From a virus (Duplodnaviria; Heunggongvirae; Uroviricota; Caudoviricetes), in IMG/VR virus record IMGVR_UViG_3300046003_006038, positions 128,001 to 167,382 of that record: DNA of 39,382 bases. One strand, given 5' to 3'. A program made the translations under genes and the position numbers. The stretch's first letter is position 1, and each line of letters starts with the position of its first letter. Below the pieces are notes generated by a model, which worked only from the letters and a program-made list of their open reading frames with translations, searched no databases and had not been told where the DNA came from. Below, one piece after another: positions 25,379-35,342 of the stretch.

Positions 25379-25812
25379 AAGAAATCTTTTCTAAAATATC
25401 TTCCTTCTATATTATCATTTATATAGTTGGAATCTGGTTCTATTACTCCTTTTATAAATAGGAATTTGTTTTCATAATATGTATGAAGCTTTTTATTTGG
25501 AGTAAAGATAAGAATTTCTCTTGAGAATTCCGACTGTCTACCTTCTTTTATTAAGCCTTTTATTTCTGAGTGAGAACCGTAGTAGGTTTTCCAGTCAGAT
25601 TCTTTTCTAACTATTTTAGATTTACTAGCTCTTTTATCTGTTATTAAAGCCAGTTCTTTTTTACCTAAAGCTTTTTTTGTAACAGAAATAAGTTGTTTCT
25701 TTCCTAAGTATTTTCTACCGGTTGGTAGATGTGTTACTTCGTAGATAAACCCGAAGTTGTCTCCGGGCATATCTTCTAATTCTTTAATTTCTTTATTTTG
25801 ATATAACCACAT
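25375..25812 (-). CDS. GIY-YIG-like nuclease-fold protein
   Basis: FGFIYEVTHLPTGRKYLGKK...WKTYYGS...YYE...YINDN. Confidence 0.7.
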   Translation of the reverse strand: MWLYQNKEIKELEDMPGDNFGFIYEVTHLPTGRKYLGKKQLISVTKKALGKKELALITDKRASKSKIVRKESDWKTYYGSHSEIKGLIKEGRQSEFSREILIFTPNKKLHTYYENKFLFIKGVIEPDSNYINDNIEGRYFRKDFL

Positions 25813-25826
25813 TTTTTATTTTTTTA

Positions 25827-27212
25827 TTAGAACATTAATGCCTGCCATGCTGTTCCGTCATGGAAGTATAAACTATACGGAGCTCCTGATCCTGACACTG
25901 CTATCATTCCTGCTACTCCTGTAGGAAGAGGGTGTACTGTTTTTAGGTATAGAAGTCCTGCTAATGTTGTAGTTCCTTGTACCCCTAAAGACCCTGTTAC
26001 TTGAAAATCTGTCCCTGAGGCAAATACTAGGTTTCCCCGTTTATCGTTGCTTTCTCCATTTCCTACAATAAAAGCAGATTGTGCTGATGATGATAAATTA
26101 TATTGTCCTTGTACGTGTTGGTATGAGCCTGATGCTATTGTTCCTAATCCTTCTGCATGTGAGTAGTTTCCTGTAGTAACTGTATTCGATCCTTCTGCAT
26201 GTGATCCTGTTCCGTATGCATATGTACCACTTCCTTCAGCATGGGAGTATGGTGCATACGTCACTGTATTATTACCCTCAGCATGTGAATAATTCCCTAA
26301 CGAAAATGAAGATCCTTCAGCATGAGAATAGTCTCCTACCGCCTGTGTATTAGATCCTTCAGCATGTGAATAACTACCTATTGCCTCAGTGTTAGATCCT
26401 TCAGCATGTGAATATGATCCCGACGCTATTGTTGCATTCCCTTCAGCATGTGAGCTATTTCCGACTGCAGTGGTACCGTACCCCTCAGCATGTGATCCTT
26501 CTCCTCCTGCCGTCGTGTCAATCCCTTCTGCATGAGATGCCTGATCCACTGTTACTGTGTTATATCCCTCAGCATGTGAGTAATCTCCTATAGCTCGAGT
26601 TTCCCCTCCCTCTGCATGTGAGTAGGATCCGGTTGCTCTTGTATTCTCGCCCTCTGCATGTGAGTAGTATCCTTTTGCAATAGTAATACTTCCTTCGGCA
26701 TGTGAATATGATCCTGACGCTATGGTACCAAATCCTTCGGCGTGAGATGCTACCCCTACTGCCTCTGTGCCGGATCCTTCTGAGTGTGCGTAATTGGCTG
26801 TAGCTGTGGTTGTAAATCCTTCAGCATGGGAGCCGGTTGCGGTTGCCTGGCCATTTACCCCTTCTGCATGCGAAAATAATCCTGATGCTATAGTGCTGTA
26901 ACCTTCTCCATGTGAAAACCTATCATTTGGTGCAGAAATACTTCCACTTCCGTTTACTAGTGATCCTGATATCTGAACTTGACTATCTGTATAGGTCATT
27001 GCTGCACTTCCTTCCCATTGTGATATGGTTGGGATTGTTATTGACATGCTTGCTGGTGCAGGTATATCCCTGTCTTCTATTATACTTCCTGTAGTGAATA
27101 GTGTTATTGTTCCACTTGAATATGATGCAGAGTAGAAGTATGATGAAAAGTTGGTATCTAATTGATCATATGTAAGTGCTGATCCTGTTACGTTTCTTAA
27201 AGTGATTGCCAT
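25827..27212 (-). CDS. Tail fibre / adhesin with YadA-head-like SHAEG repeats
   Basis: N-terminal MAITLR..GSALTYDQLDTNF fibre-type anchor, then about 20 14-aa repeats. Confidence 0.8.
   Translation of the reverse strand: MAITLRNVTGSALTYDQLDTNFSSYFYSASYSSGTITLFTTGSIIEDRDIPAPASMSITIPTISQWEGSAAMTYTDSQVQISGSLVNGSGSISAPNDRFSHGEGYSTIASGLFSHAEGVNGQATATGSHAEGFTTTATANYAHSEGSGTEAVGVASHAEGFGTIASGSYSHAEGSITIAKGYYSHAEGENTRATGSYSHAEGGETRAIGDYSHAEGYNTVTVDQASHAEGIDTTAGGEGSHAEGYGTTAVGNSSHAEGNATIASGSYSHAEGSNTEAIGSYSHAEGSNTQAVGDYSHAEGSSFSLGNYSHAEGNNTVTYAPYSHAEGSGTYAYGTGSHAEGSNTVTTGNYSHAEGLGTIASGSYQHVQGQYNLSSSAQSAFIVGNGESNDKRGNLVFASGTDFQVTGSLGVQGTTTLAGLLYLKTVHPLPTGVAGMIAVSGSGAPYSLYFHDGTAWQALMF
26105..26920 (-). 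repeat. 42-bp (14-aa) coding repeat array xSHAEGxxTxAxGx
   Basis: 19 SHAEG-type units plus one degenerate YQHVQG unit; one unit is 13 aa. Edges approximate. Confidence 0.9.
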
Positions 27213-27218
27213 GGTATT

Positions 27219-28184
27219 TTATATGTCTATTTTAACAATTATTGTCATTTCTGTATTTGCAGGTTTTGGTACTGGTCTGTTTAATTTTCCAACTGCTATT
27301 AGCTCATTTGCATCGTTATATAGTCCTACTGTAGTAATGTATGGTGTAAAACTACTTCCTGTTACGTTATTGTTCAACCTTCCATCGCTAATACTTGCAG
27401 AGGTTGAGTAAATATTTCCTTCGTTATCGTATACAGTTTTTAATGAACTTGTCAGTGCTGATGGGTTGTATGTAAAGTTGTTTTCAAATTCCCTCACCTT
27501 GCAGTGATAGTTGTGGGTGAATATCGGTTGACTTGATTTGAATGTAAGCTGTACACCTTGTACTGTACCTCTACCTCCCATTGCCGTACTGAGCAATGCT
27601 GCATATGTTGGGTCTGTTACTACTACTGTTCCATGTGGGTAGATAATATCTCCTACATAAGTTTTAGGAGAGCTTCCAGATAGGTACAATAATCCTTCCC
27701 CGTCATCTAATATTGTTGCTGATGTTGGTAGTGTTATTATGTCGTCTACTGGTCCTATAGGTCTTTTACTGCCAAAATCCAATGGCAATACGTACCCGTC
27801 TACAACTGCAAATTCAGTTAATGCACTTAGTTGTCGAAGTGTCTCTGAATCGGCTTTAAGCATGAATCCGTCTTGCGGTTTTATTGCTGTACCGAATAAT
27901 GTCCTTGGTATATTTAATTGAAAAGATCCTGTTGTCAGGTTTCTTGATTGTGACTGGTATAGTGTAGTTTGGTTGTAGTAGTCGTACTTATGGTTTATTA
28001 TGTTTCCTAATACCTTTGTCGGGTAGTATAGTTGCTGTAAGCTATTTAACGCTGTCCCTGTTACACTTGGATTGTACGTTATTGAGTACGCACTAAACGC
28101 ACTCCCTGTTACTGCCCAGGTCTTGTGGGCAGTATAGGTTGTGATAAAAGCATCTTGTTTGTTTAGTCTCTTGTAAGTGCTCAT
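27219..28184 (-). CDS. Baseplate / fibre-attachment structural protein
   Basis: C-terminal YITTVGLYNDANELIAVGKLNRP; paralogous to 28188..29198. Confidence 0.6.
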   Translation of the reverse strand: MSTYKRLNKQDAFITTYTAHKTWAVTGSAFSAYSITYNPSVTGTALNSLQQLYYPTKVLGNIINHKYDYYNQTTLYQSQSRNLTTGSFQLNIPRTLFGTAIKPQDGFMLKADSETLRQLSALTEFAVVDGYVLPLDFGSKRPIGPVDDIITLPTSATILDDGEGLLYLSGSSPKTYVGDIIYPHGTVVVTDPTYAALLSTAMGGRGTVQGVQLTFKSSQPIFTHNYHCKVREFENNFTYNPSALTSSLKTVYDNEGNIYSTSASISDGRLNNNVTGSSFTPYITTVGLYNDANELIAVGKLNRPVPKPANTEMTIIVKIDI

Positions 28185-28187
28185 TCA

Positions 28188-29198
28188 TTAATAATCAAGC
28201 TTGATTCTTACTAACGCTTCTTTTGTAAAATCTTTCAGTAAAGGTCTTGATAGTTTTGCAACTGCTAACAAATCGTTACTATCGTTGTAAAGCCCTACTG
28301 TTGTCATATATGATTGTGGACTGTTAACCATTACATCCCATCTTAATTCTCCTGATCCTGTTATGTTCGATGGATTTGTTGAATAGTTAAATTCACTGTT
28401 TCTTACTCGGATAAATACGAAATTTGAAGAAATAGTCTCTTCAGAGCTTAACGAAAAATTACCTCCTTGTGATAACATACTGAAGAATAAGTCTAGGTTG
28501 TTAGGGGTTGCACTGTCGTTTGTTTCGTTTAGTACTGCTGCTAATCCTCCTCCTGCTGCTGATGCTTTTAGAGCTTCTCCGTTTATTACTACGATCCCTA
28601 CATCTGGTAGGAATTTTCCATACGATCCTGAGTTGGGTGTAAAACCTGTTCCCCCGTTGTATGAAACTCCGTTCGACCCGCTTATAATATCATAAACTCT
28701 TCCCGAGTCTGTATAAGATACTGTTGTCTGGTTAGCGCTATTATCAGTTAGTTTTATTATATTAGATCCTGATGCTAATGTTAGGTTAAATGTACCTGGT
28801 TTTAGCTTCTCTTTGTAACGAGATCTGTTTATAGATAGTATATATACTGAGTTTGGAGTAGTCGTACCGAAGGTAAAATCTGTATTCTCATCTCCGTTGA
28901 CCAATGTTCTGTACTGTCCGTAGGTTACTGCTGAGGGTGATTTTCCTGCAATTTCGCTTATATTTTCTGAACCTGATCCTACCCTATTGCCATATGCTGC
29001 TGCAAATTGTACTGTTGTTCCGGTAGTGCTAGTATTTAGGTTGTATACATTATAGTAATAGTTTCCTGTGTTACTTGATACCTGTGATGATGCTGTAAAG
29101 AAGCTTGTAAGTGCTGTTGCTTGGTTTGTCCAAGCAGGTGCTACTACTGCTTCTGCACTTATTGTGATATCTTCTGGGTCTAATCTTTTGAATGACAT
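28188..29198 (-). CDS. Baseplate / fibre-attachment structural protein
   Basis: C-terminal EFNYSTNPS..YMTTVGLYNDSNDLLAVAKLSRP. Confidence 0.6.
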   Translation of the reverse strand: MSFKRLDPEDITISAEAVVAPAWTNQATALTSFFTASSQVSSNTGNYYYNVYNLNTSTTGTTVQFAAAYGNRVGSGSENISEIAGKSPSAVTYGQYRTLVNGDENTDFTFGTTTPNSVYILSINRSRYKEKLKPGTFNLTLASGSNIIKLTDNSANQTTVSYTDSGRVYDIISGSNGVSYNGGTGFTPNSGSYGKFLPDVGIVVINGEALKASAAGGGLAAVLNETNDSATPNNLDLFFSMLSQGGNFSLSSEETISSNFVFIRVRNSEFNYSTNPSNITGSGELRWDVMVNSPQSYMTTVGLYNDSNDLLAVAKLSRPLLKDFTKEALVRIKLDY

Positions 29199-29204
29199 AT
29201 CTTA

Positions 29205-29864
29205 TTATTGATTTACTTTAATAATAGTTACCGGGATTGTTAGTCTTGCTCCTGAATCTCTACCTATTACTGTAATAGTTGTATTTAGTTCAGTTCTCTC
29301 TCCAAACAGTGTGTTAATTGCTGTACCTGTTAGGTTAATTGATGTTCCTATTACTGTCTTAGATACATTTGTTCCTAAAGTTGTAGTAGAGTTTAGATTA
29401 GTAGCTTCTTGTGTATTAATCCCTACACCATTAAATGTACTCAGTACTCTAGCATCAGCAATAGTTGCAACATATCCTGCAGATTCGAATGCTTGAGAAG
29501 ATCCTAAATAGTTTAAAGTTTGTGGTGTGATTGCAAGTGATGCTCCTTGTTTTAATCTGATTGCAGAGAATCCTAAATCTAAGATTGGCAACTTAGCAGT
29601 ACCTCTTGGTAGTGTTGCAAGTTTATATTTCATGATTTGAGTTTCATCTGGAAATGCTTCCAGTAGTGGCATAGCCTCTATAGCTTCTCCAAAATAGGCA
29701 GACCCAGATGGGTGATCGGGGTTGTACAACGTATAATCTATTTCATCATCTGCTAATGCAAATTGCGTTATTTTAAAAGATCCATCTCCTCTTGCAAGTA
29801 ATTCTCTTCCTTTTTTTGTTAAAATCGCATCTACTGTTACGACTGTATTATTCAAATATCCCAT
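29205..29864 (-). CDS. Baseplate-associated structural protein
   Basis: N-terminal ILTKKGRELLA..KITQFALADDEIDY; position in the baseplate block. Confidence 0.6.
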   Translation of the reverse strand: MGYLNNTVVTVDAILTKKGRELLARGDGSFKITQFALADDEIDYTLYNPDHPSGSAYFGEAIEAMPLLEAFPDETQIMKYKLATLPRGTAKLPILDLGFSAIRLKQGASLAITPQTLNYLGSSQAFESAGYVATIADARVLSTFNGVGINTQEATNLNSTTTLGTNVSKTVIGTSINLTGTAINTLFGERTELNTTITVIGRDSGARLTIPVTIIKVNQ

Positions 29865-29881
29865 TTGTTTTTACTTTTATT

Positions 29882-29889
29882 AATAAATA
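29882..29889 (-). promoter_or_regulatory. Putative late promoter motif TATTTATT
   Basis: 17 nt upstream of the ATG at 29864. Confidence 0.65.
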
Positions 29890-29917
29890 TATGACTTTAT
29901 ACTTTCTAAAACAACCC

Positions 29918-31024
29918 CTAAATAGTAGGTGTACTCCCTGATACTACGTACCCTAGTGCATCTGTGTATACAATGTACCCTGTATCCTTTAACCTTACCT
30001 TTCCCTGTCTTGTCGGTGAAGGGCGACTTTTTTCTAATTCAAACATTCTTATAGGGTTAATTCTGTACAATTTTGTATTATTGTTTATAGCACTCCTTAC
30101 TGTATTATTCCAACCTCGTATTACCTCCAGGTTATAGTCATTGTTAGATGTAAGTCTTCTTATCGACACTACTTTTATTATTTCCGAAGAAGTTCCTGCT
30201 TTTATTAAATCCCCTGGCTCGTAGAGTTTAAGTGGTCTGTTTGATCCTTCTGGGTAGACTATCAACTGGGAGGCAGATGGATTTGCTGCTGGGCTTATAT
30301 AAAATAGAGGTGCTGTATCTAACGAATATAGTGGGTATGTTTGTTCACTTGTGTGAAAATATTCTAGATACGACCTCTCTGACACATCTATATTTGCTAT
30401 CTCCGTGTCAGGTGTCTGTATAGGGTAGTAGGTTCCTTGTAAACTTGTACCTCTAATTGCGGAATCAATAGTTGCGTATGTTAAATTGTTTGTTTGTGTT
30501 CCTTCGTACCTTGCATTAATCCACCCTGTATCTGAGTATGAACTGTCTTGTACATCAGCAAATGTTATTGATGTATTCTTTAGTATGTACTCCGAAGCTC
30601 TACTATTTTGTGCTGTATTTAAAGTTACGTTATAGTCACTCACGTAGAAACTCCCTCCTCGTATATTTGGCAATAGAATAACCTCACCATCCTGCACTGT
30701 CTCATTTTCAGTAGGAGTGTACGTCACGTAGGGTTGAATATTCTTAGGTGTTACCTCAAAAAAGTAATACCTAAACGGTGTTACTCCTCGAATAACTCTA
30801 GAAGTTATTACCAATTCCACAGTTGCTCCGGGATCTCTATCTACCGGCAGTGTTATTGTTTGTGCTTGAGCAAGAATATTCTTTACCTCGCTACCTTCGT
30901 TATCTAAAAAGGGAACTGTAACACCTAGTACTGTTATAGGTGCACTATCTGTGCACCATATATTAACTCCTTCCGGGTATAGGTCTGCTATTTCGAGAAA
31001 CTCCTGTTGTGTTAGTGTTGCCAT
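29918..31024 (-). CDS. Putative baseplate/tail structural protein
   Basis: 368 aa, Thr/Ser-rich; assignment from context only. Confidence 0.5.
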   Translation of the reverse strand: MATLTQQEFLEIADLYPEGVNIWCTDSAPITVLGVTVPFLDNEGSEVKNILAQAQTITLPVDRDPGATVELVITSRVIRGVTPFRYYFFEVTPKNIQPYVTYTPTENETVQDGEVILLPNIRGGSFYVSDYNVTLNTAQNSRASEYILKNTSITFADVQDSSYSDTGWINARYEGTQTNNLTYATIDSAIRGTSLQGTYYPIQTPDTEIANIDVSERSYLEYFHTSEQTYPLYSLDTAPLFYISPAANPSASQLIVYPEGSNRPLKLYEPGDLIKAGTSSEIIKVVSIRRLTSNNDYNLEVIRGWNNTVRSAINNNTKLYRINPIRMFELEKSRPSPTRQGKVRLKDTGYIVYTDALGYVVSGSTPTI

Positions 31025-31053
31025 TGTTTATTCTGTTTGTATACAGTATTTTA

Positions 31054-34000
31054 TTATCTAAATCGATCTGGGTCGTCCCCACCTGTGTCCTCTGTTATAC
31101 ACTCTTCTGGGCTATATGCATACTGGCCGTTGTCGCAGAGGTGGTTCGGTATATCAGCTACCGGTGGTGAGGTTGGTTCTATAAGTACAAACGGTGTACA
31201 ATCTGGTTCACTCTCTAAAGCTGTTATCCTAAGTGTTAGTCCCTCTATATACTCCTGGTCGACCTGGCTTGGGTATGTAAGTAGGAAGATATCCGTATAC
31301 TCTATCTTAAATAGTGCAACGTTTCCTGTTATAGCAGGAGAAGTAGTCTGCGGTCCGTATCTCCAAGAATACTTATATATACCTCCTCCATAAGGTCCGT
31401 TGCCGAATTCTCCTTGACCTGTATTTACACTCTGTAAAGCACTTGGAGGTGTTACTACAATCGAAGCTATTACTGATCCAAAGCTATAATTATCTAATAT
31501 TTCTACCCTATAGCTTAATGTTGCAGGATTCTCTCCTGTAAAATATCTTGCTAAACCGTAATTATATATTGTACTGCCTGGGATAACTTGTGTTGTATCT
31601 GTTGTACCTACGTATTTTTTTAATCTCCAGTCTGCTCTATCAATAAGAGCTTTTGATTCTGTAACTACACTACATAATCCTGCTGCAATTGGATAGTTAT
31701 AGGTACATGTTAACGGTATCTTGGTGTCTTGCACTGTTAGTGTATACGTGTGTGTTGCTGCACCGGTAAAGGTTATGGTAGCAGCACCGGCACTCGAAAG
31801 AAGTCCGTTGTATACTACGTTTGAGTTTGTGTTGTTTACTATATTTAGGTTTATATTGGCTGGTAGATTTTGTGAACCTATTGTAAACCAATTCTGTAAG
31901 TTATACACATTTGTATTTGTAACATTTTGCCTAAACTGTTCTGTAGTTTGAATATCACATACTGCAACTTGTATTTTAATTGACGATGTACATATACCCT
32001 CTACCCCTTCATTTGAAGCAGTTAAAGAGTGTGTGGTGTAATTTGCATAGTTATTTGTATTGAAAGGGAATATGAAACTACCTGTAGGTATATTACTACT
32101 TGTTATTTCGTACTCCATATTTTGTGATAACCCTGTGTATATATTATTACTGTTCCAGCTTCCTGAGTTTAGGTATAGTGTATTATTGCTACTACTGTAA
32201 TATATACCTCCTTGTACATCTGTATAGGTAGTGTATGGGTTTAGTATACATAGGCCTTCTGCATTTATCCACCTAGTTACATCAAAAGGATTTGTAAAAA
32301 ATGTAGGTGTTTTAAACAAATTTGCACTGTTAAGTTCACCGTTTGATACCCTAATTGTACCTCCTGCTAATTCTCCGTTAATTCTAGCCTCTTGATGTAA
32401 ATGTGCATCAGTTGTACCTATTCCGAACAGAGTTTGTACGTATGTAGGGTAGATTGTATTTAACTCACCATCCACACCTCCTTGTGTTACAGAATCATAT
32501 GCACCTGCACTTTTTCCTTGTATAAACCCAGTATCAATTGATGCTGTATATTCTGGTCTTGTACCCTGTAATGTAGGGGATTTTGCTTTACTTCTCTGTA
32601 GCAAATGTGGTTTAATTATTACACCTGTGTCTGCTACTGCTCTTGCAGGTATGAAATCCTTAACCATTTTAAATACTGTATTGTCAAAGAATTTGATAAG
32701 TCTCACATAATCCTGTACATTATATGCATCTAAATCCCTTGTAATATATTCCACTACTGTATTCAGTCCTGAGTAGTCACTTTCATATAGATTTTGCGGA
32801 TTACCTAAGAACTCATCTATAGTTGTAAATTCATACGATAGAGATGTTGCAGTTGATGTAAAGGTCGGTGCCGGTATTGCTAATCCCCACACTATATCAC
32901 TCAGGTTTTCTAAATCCTCTATACTTCCTCCATCTGCTAAAACCCTTGTACTATAGTCTGTGACAATCTGGTTGATTGATGCACTGTATGCTGCTACCTG
33001 CTGTGCTATTGATTCTGAGGCTATATTTGTATTTATTGCTGCTATTGACGCCGATATTGCTATTGAACCGCTATCTAATATAAACTTATCAATATTATCG
33101 GTAGGGGAAAACCCTACTTCGATTGAATGCACATCATCTGTGTACTTGTACTCTCTCTTAACAATTGAAGTGTAGCCAGATAAGGTGCTTCCAGTTAATA
33201 TACTTCCCGTATTATCTAGTCTAATTTTATCTAGTGAACTCGTATAGTGTTGGTAGTCCCCATAAAAAGGTGTTGTTGATACCTTCCTACCTCCATATGT
33301 TTTTACATCTAGAATGTCTGATGGTATTCCAAAACAGTTGATAAGTGCCCTAAGTCCTCTCTCTGTTCCTTTTGATTTTAAAAGAAGCGGTAGGTTGTGG
33401 TAAATTCTTTTATAAATTTCCCTTTGGTAGTTATCAAATGAAGAAGGTTGTATTGGAGTATTTGACCCTGTTACCGATCCTGTTACGTATGTAGCTATCT
33501 TTTCACTCCCTGATTGATATGGTTGCCCGATAAATGACGAAAATAAGTCCTCTATCGATTTATTCGATGTGTATAGTTTTACTCCAAAATTTTTCAATAC
33601 CTCTGCAACTAAGTCTCTAGATACTCCAAAATTTAACCTATTATCTGCATTGTATTTATCTGAAACTCCTTTTGCATATATCCACATATTGTCAAAGTGT
33701 TGACCAATCATATGAATAAAAGTTATATAACTTGCATTAGAACTGTCGTCTCTAAGGTAAGAAGGTATGCTATTAATTAATATGTTAGTGTTTGTGACAT
33801 CGTATGTGGCAGCTACAGTTAGCTTATTGTTAAACCATGTATCTGCTCCTGAAGTTGTATCGTTTATATAGGGTTTTGTACTGTTTGTTTTTGGCCAGCT
33901 ATTACTTCCTGATTCGTAATACAGAAATCTTTCGTAGTGATCAAAATTATTTACTATACCTTTTACAAGGTCTTGGTAGTACGTAATACTTCCTGTAGTA

Positions 34001-35004
34001 CCTAAAGAAGATGTCGTAACTGCTTGAACGTTTGCAATCTGTGTATTATACGACTGTATTAGGTCTAGCTTGTACTTAAAATTCAATAACCTCTCTTGTG
34101 CAGATGAGAAATGTACAAAATTACTGTAATCGTTATGATCAATACTTAATTGTACCCCTTTACTATTCACTAATGAGTACAGCTCGTTAGTTGTATTTGT
34201 AATAGGCAGACTTAGAAGAGTATCATAGGTATAGTAGTCTGTAGGTATTACGTTTTCGTCTGCTAAATCTAGATTGAAATTTGGAGATCTTAGCTGCAGT
34301 GCTGATTCTACCTCTGTTTCAAAAGTACTTGTTACTTCATATACGGTACTGTCACTTACAAGCTCTACTATACGTAATGTAGATTTCTCTACGATATCCT
34401 CTAATAGTGGTTCATATAATTTAACGACCACTACTGTGTCGTCCCCTTCCTGTAGTGTATCTATATTTACTCCTATAAGTAAATCGTTACTAAGTAGATT
34501 TACCCTAAATTCATTAAAGTATGATTGTGTCTCTAACTTTGTTTTTATAGAAGTTGTAAAGGTTGTTAACTCTTCTGAGGTTAAATTGAAAGTTTTTAGT
34601 TTTAACTCTGTCCTATCTGGTGAGATTGAATCGATAAAAAACTCTACACTATCCCTACCTGTTGTATATAGGTCATTTATGAAGTTGTAAAATAGCTTAA
34701 CTCCTCCATTATCATACCCATACACCTTTACATCCTCTATAGGATCTATAGTTAACACTGATGCACCTTTCTTCCCTGCTGAAGCAGCGTTACCTAACTC
34801 TTTGTAATTTCTGTAGTCGTATTCACTCTCTTGAAGTTCTCCGGCAAGGTTGTAAATATGAAGTTCTACTACATGTTCACTGCTATCAAATAACTGGTTT
34901 ACCTGGAAGGTGTTTATCAAGTTAGTATCCTCTTGTGATAGAATTTCTACACTAGCTATGCTTTGAGGAGTGTCTTGATTGACTGTGTATGTAATGTTTG
35001 TCAT
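31054..35004 (-). CDS. Large baseplate wedge protein (gp7 / P2 gpI-like core)
   Basis: 1316 aa. IPSYL..MIGQHFD and LLKSKGTERGLRALINCFGIP (KGT motif) plus VKDFIPARA; beta-rich C-terminal third with spaced Cys. Confidence 0.65.
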   Translation of the reverse strand: MTNITYTVNQDTPQSIASVEILSQEDTNLINTFQVNQLFDSSEHVVELHIYNLAGELQESEYDYRNYKELGNAASAGKKGASVLTIDPIEDVKVYGYDNGGVKLFYNFINDLYTTGRDSVEFFIDSISPDRTELKLKTFNLTSEELTTFTTSIKTKLETQSYFNEFRVNLLSNDLLIGVNIDTLQEGDDTVVVVKLYEPLLEDIVEKSTLRIVELVSDSTVYEVTSTFETEVESALQLRSPNFNLDLADENVIPTDYYTYDTLLSLPITNTTNELYSLVNSKGVQLSIDHNDYSNFVHFSSAQERLLNFKYKLDLIQSYNTQIANVQAVTTSSLGTTGSITYYQDLVKGIVNNFDHYERFLYYESGSNSWPKTNSTKPYINDTTSGADTWFNNKLTVAATYDVTNTNILINSIPSYLRDDSSNASYITFIHMIGQHFDNMWIYAKGVSDKYNADNRLNFGVSRDLVAEVLKNFGVKLYTSNKSIEDLFSSFIGQPYQSGSEKIATYVTGSVTGSNTPIQPSSFDNYQREIYKRIYHNLPLLLKSKGTERGLRALINCFGIPSDILDVKTYGGRKVSTTPFYGDYQHYTSSLDKIRLDNTGSILTGSTLSGYTSIVKREYKYTDDVHSIEVGFSPTDNIDKFILDSGSIAISASIAAINTNIASESIAQQVAAYSASINQIVTDYSTRVLADGGSIEDLENLSDIVWGLAIPAPTFTSTATSLSYEFTTIDEFLGNPQNLYESDYSGLNTVVEYITRDLDAYNVQDYVRLIKFFDNTVFKMVKDFIPARAVADTGVIIKPHLLQRSKAKSPTLQGTRPEYTASIDTGFIQGKSAGAYDSVTQGGVDGELNTIYPTYVQTLFGIGTTDAHLHQEARINGELAGGTIRVSNGELNSANLFKTPTFFTNPFDVTRWINAEGLCILNPYTTYTDVQGGIYYSSSNNTLYLNSGSWNSNNIYTGLSQNMEYEITSSNIPTGSFIFPFNTNNYANYTTHSLTASNEGVEGICTSSIKIQVAVCDIQTTEQFRQNVTNTNVYNLQNWFTIGSQNLPANINLNIVNNTNSNVVYNGLLSSAGAATITFTGAATHTYTLTVQDTKIPLTCTYNYPIAAGLCSVVTESKALIDRADWRLKKYVGTTDTTQVIPGSTIYNYGLARYFTGENPATLSYRVEILDNYSFGSVIASIVVTPPSALQSVNTGQGEFGNGPYGGGIYKYSWRYGPQTTSPAITGNVALFKIEYTDIFLLTYPSQVDQEYIEGLTLRITALESEPDCTPFVLIEPTSPPVADIPNHLCDNGQYAYSPEECITEDTGGDDPDRFR

Positions 35005-35342
35005 TATTGGTTAGCTGTTTCTAAATCTAAAATTTGCTGATTAGCCTGTAGTAGTTCGTCCCTTAACTGTGCGATTTCGTCAAGTAATGGCTGTATCTCT
35101 TCCGTACTTCTTTCGAAGTTTACTAGCTCTGAACTTTTCTTTATTAAGTATTCGTGAGAATCTGTTTCACCCTCAACATCTATTACAAAGTAAAGTTTCT
35201 CATATAGTCTAAAAAACTCATCAACAGTATCAGGATCTTCTTCCGCTATAGGTTGTACGAAAGTATTAAAACTTCTATCTACTACTTTTTCAAACTCAAC
35301 TGAATTATAAACTGTTTTCTGTATCTTTACGTCATTATCCAT
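35004..35342 (-). CDS. Small acidic coiled-coil protein in the baseplate block
   Basis: 112 aa, overlapping both neighbours. Confidence 0.6.
   Translation of the reverse strand: MDNDVKIQKTVYNSVEFEKVVDRSFNTFVQPIAEEDPDTVDEFFRLYEKLYFVIDVEGETDSHEYLIKKSSELVNFERSTEEIQPLLDEIAQLRDELLQANQQILDLETANQ

Noticed and set aside
25375-25812. GIY-YIG gene as a mobile homing endonuclease or intron ORF
   Set aside because: It is short, lacks a C-terminal DNA-binding extension, interrupts no gene and has no flanking intron-like sequence.
26105-26920. Regular 42-bp periodicity resembling a CRISPR array or DGR template
   Set aside because: It is an in-frame protein repeat with synonymous variation. No cas or reverse transcriptase gene and no adenine-specific TR/VR pair was seen.
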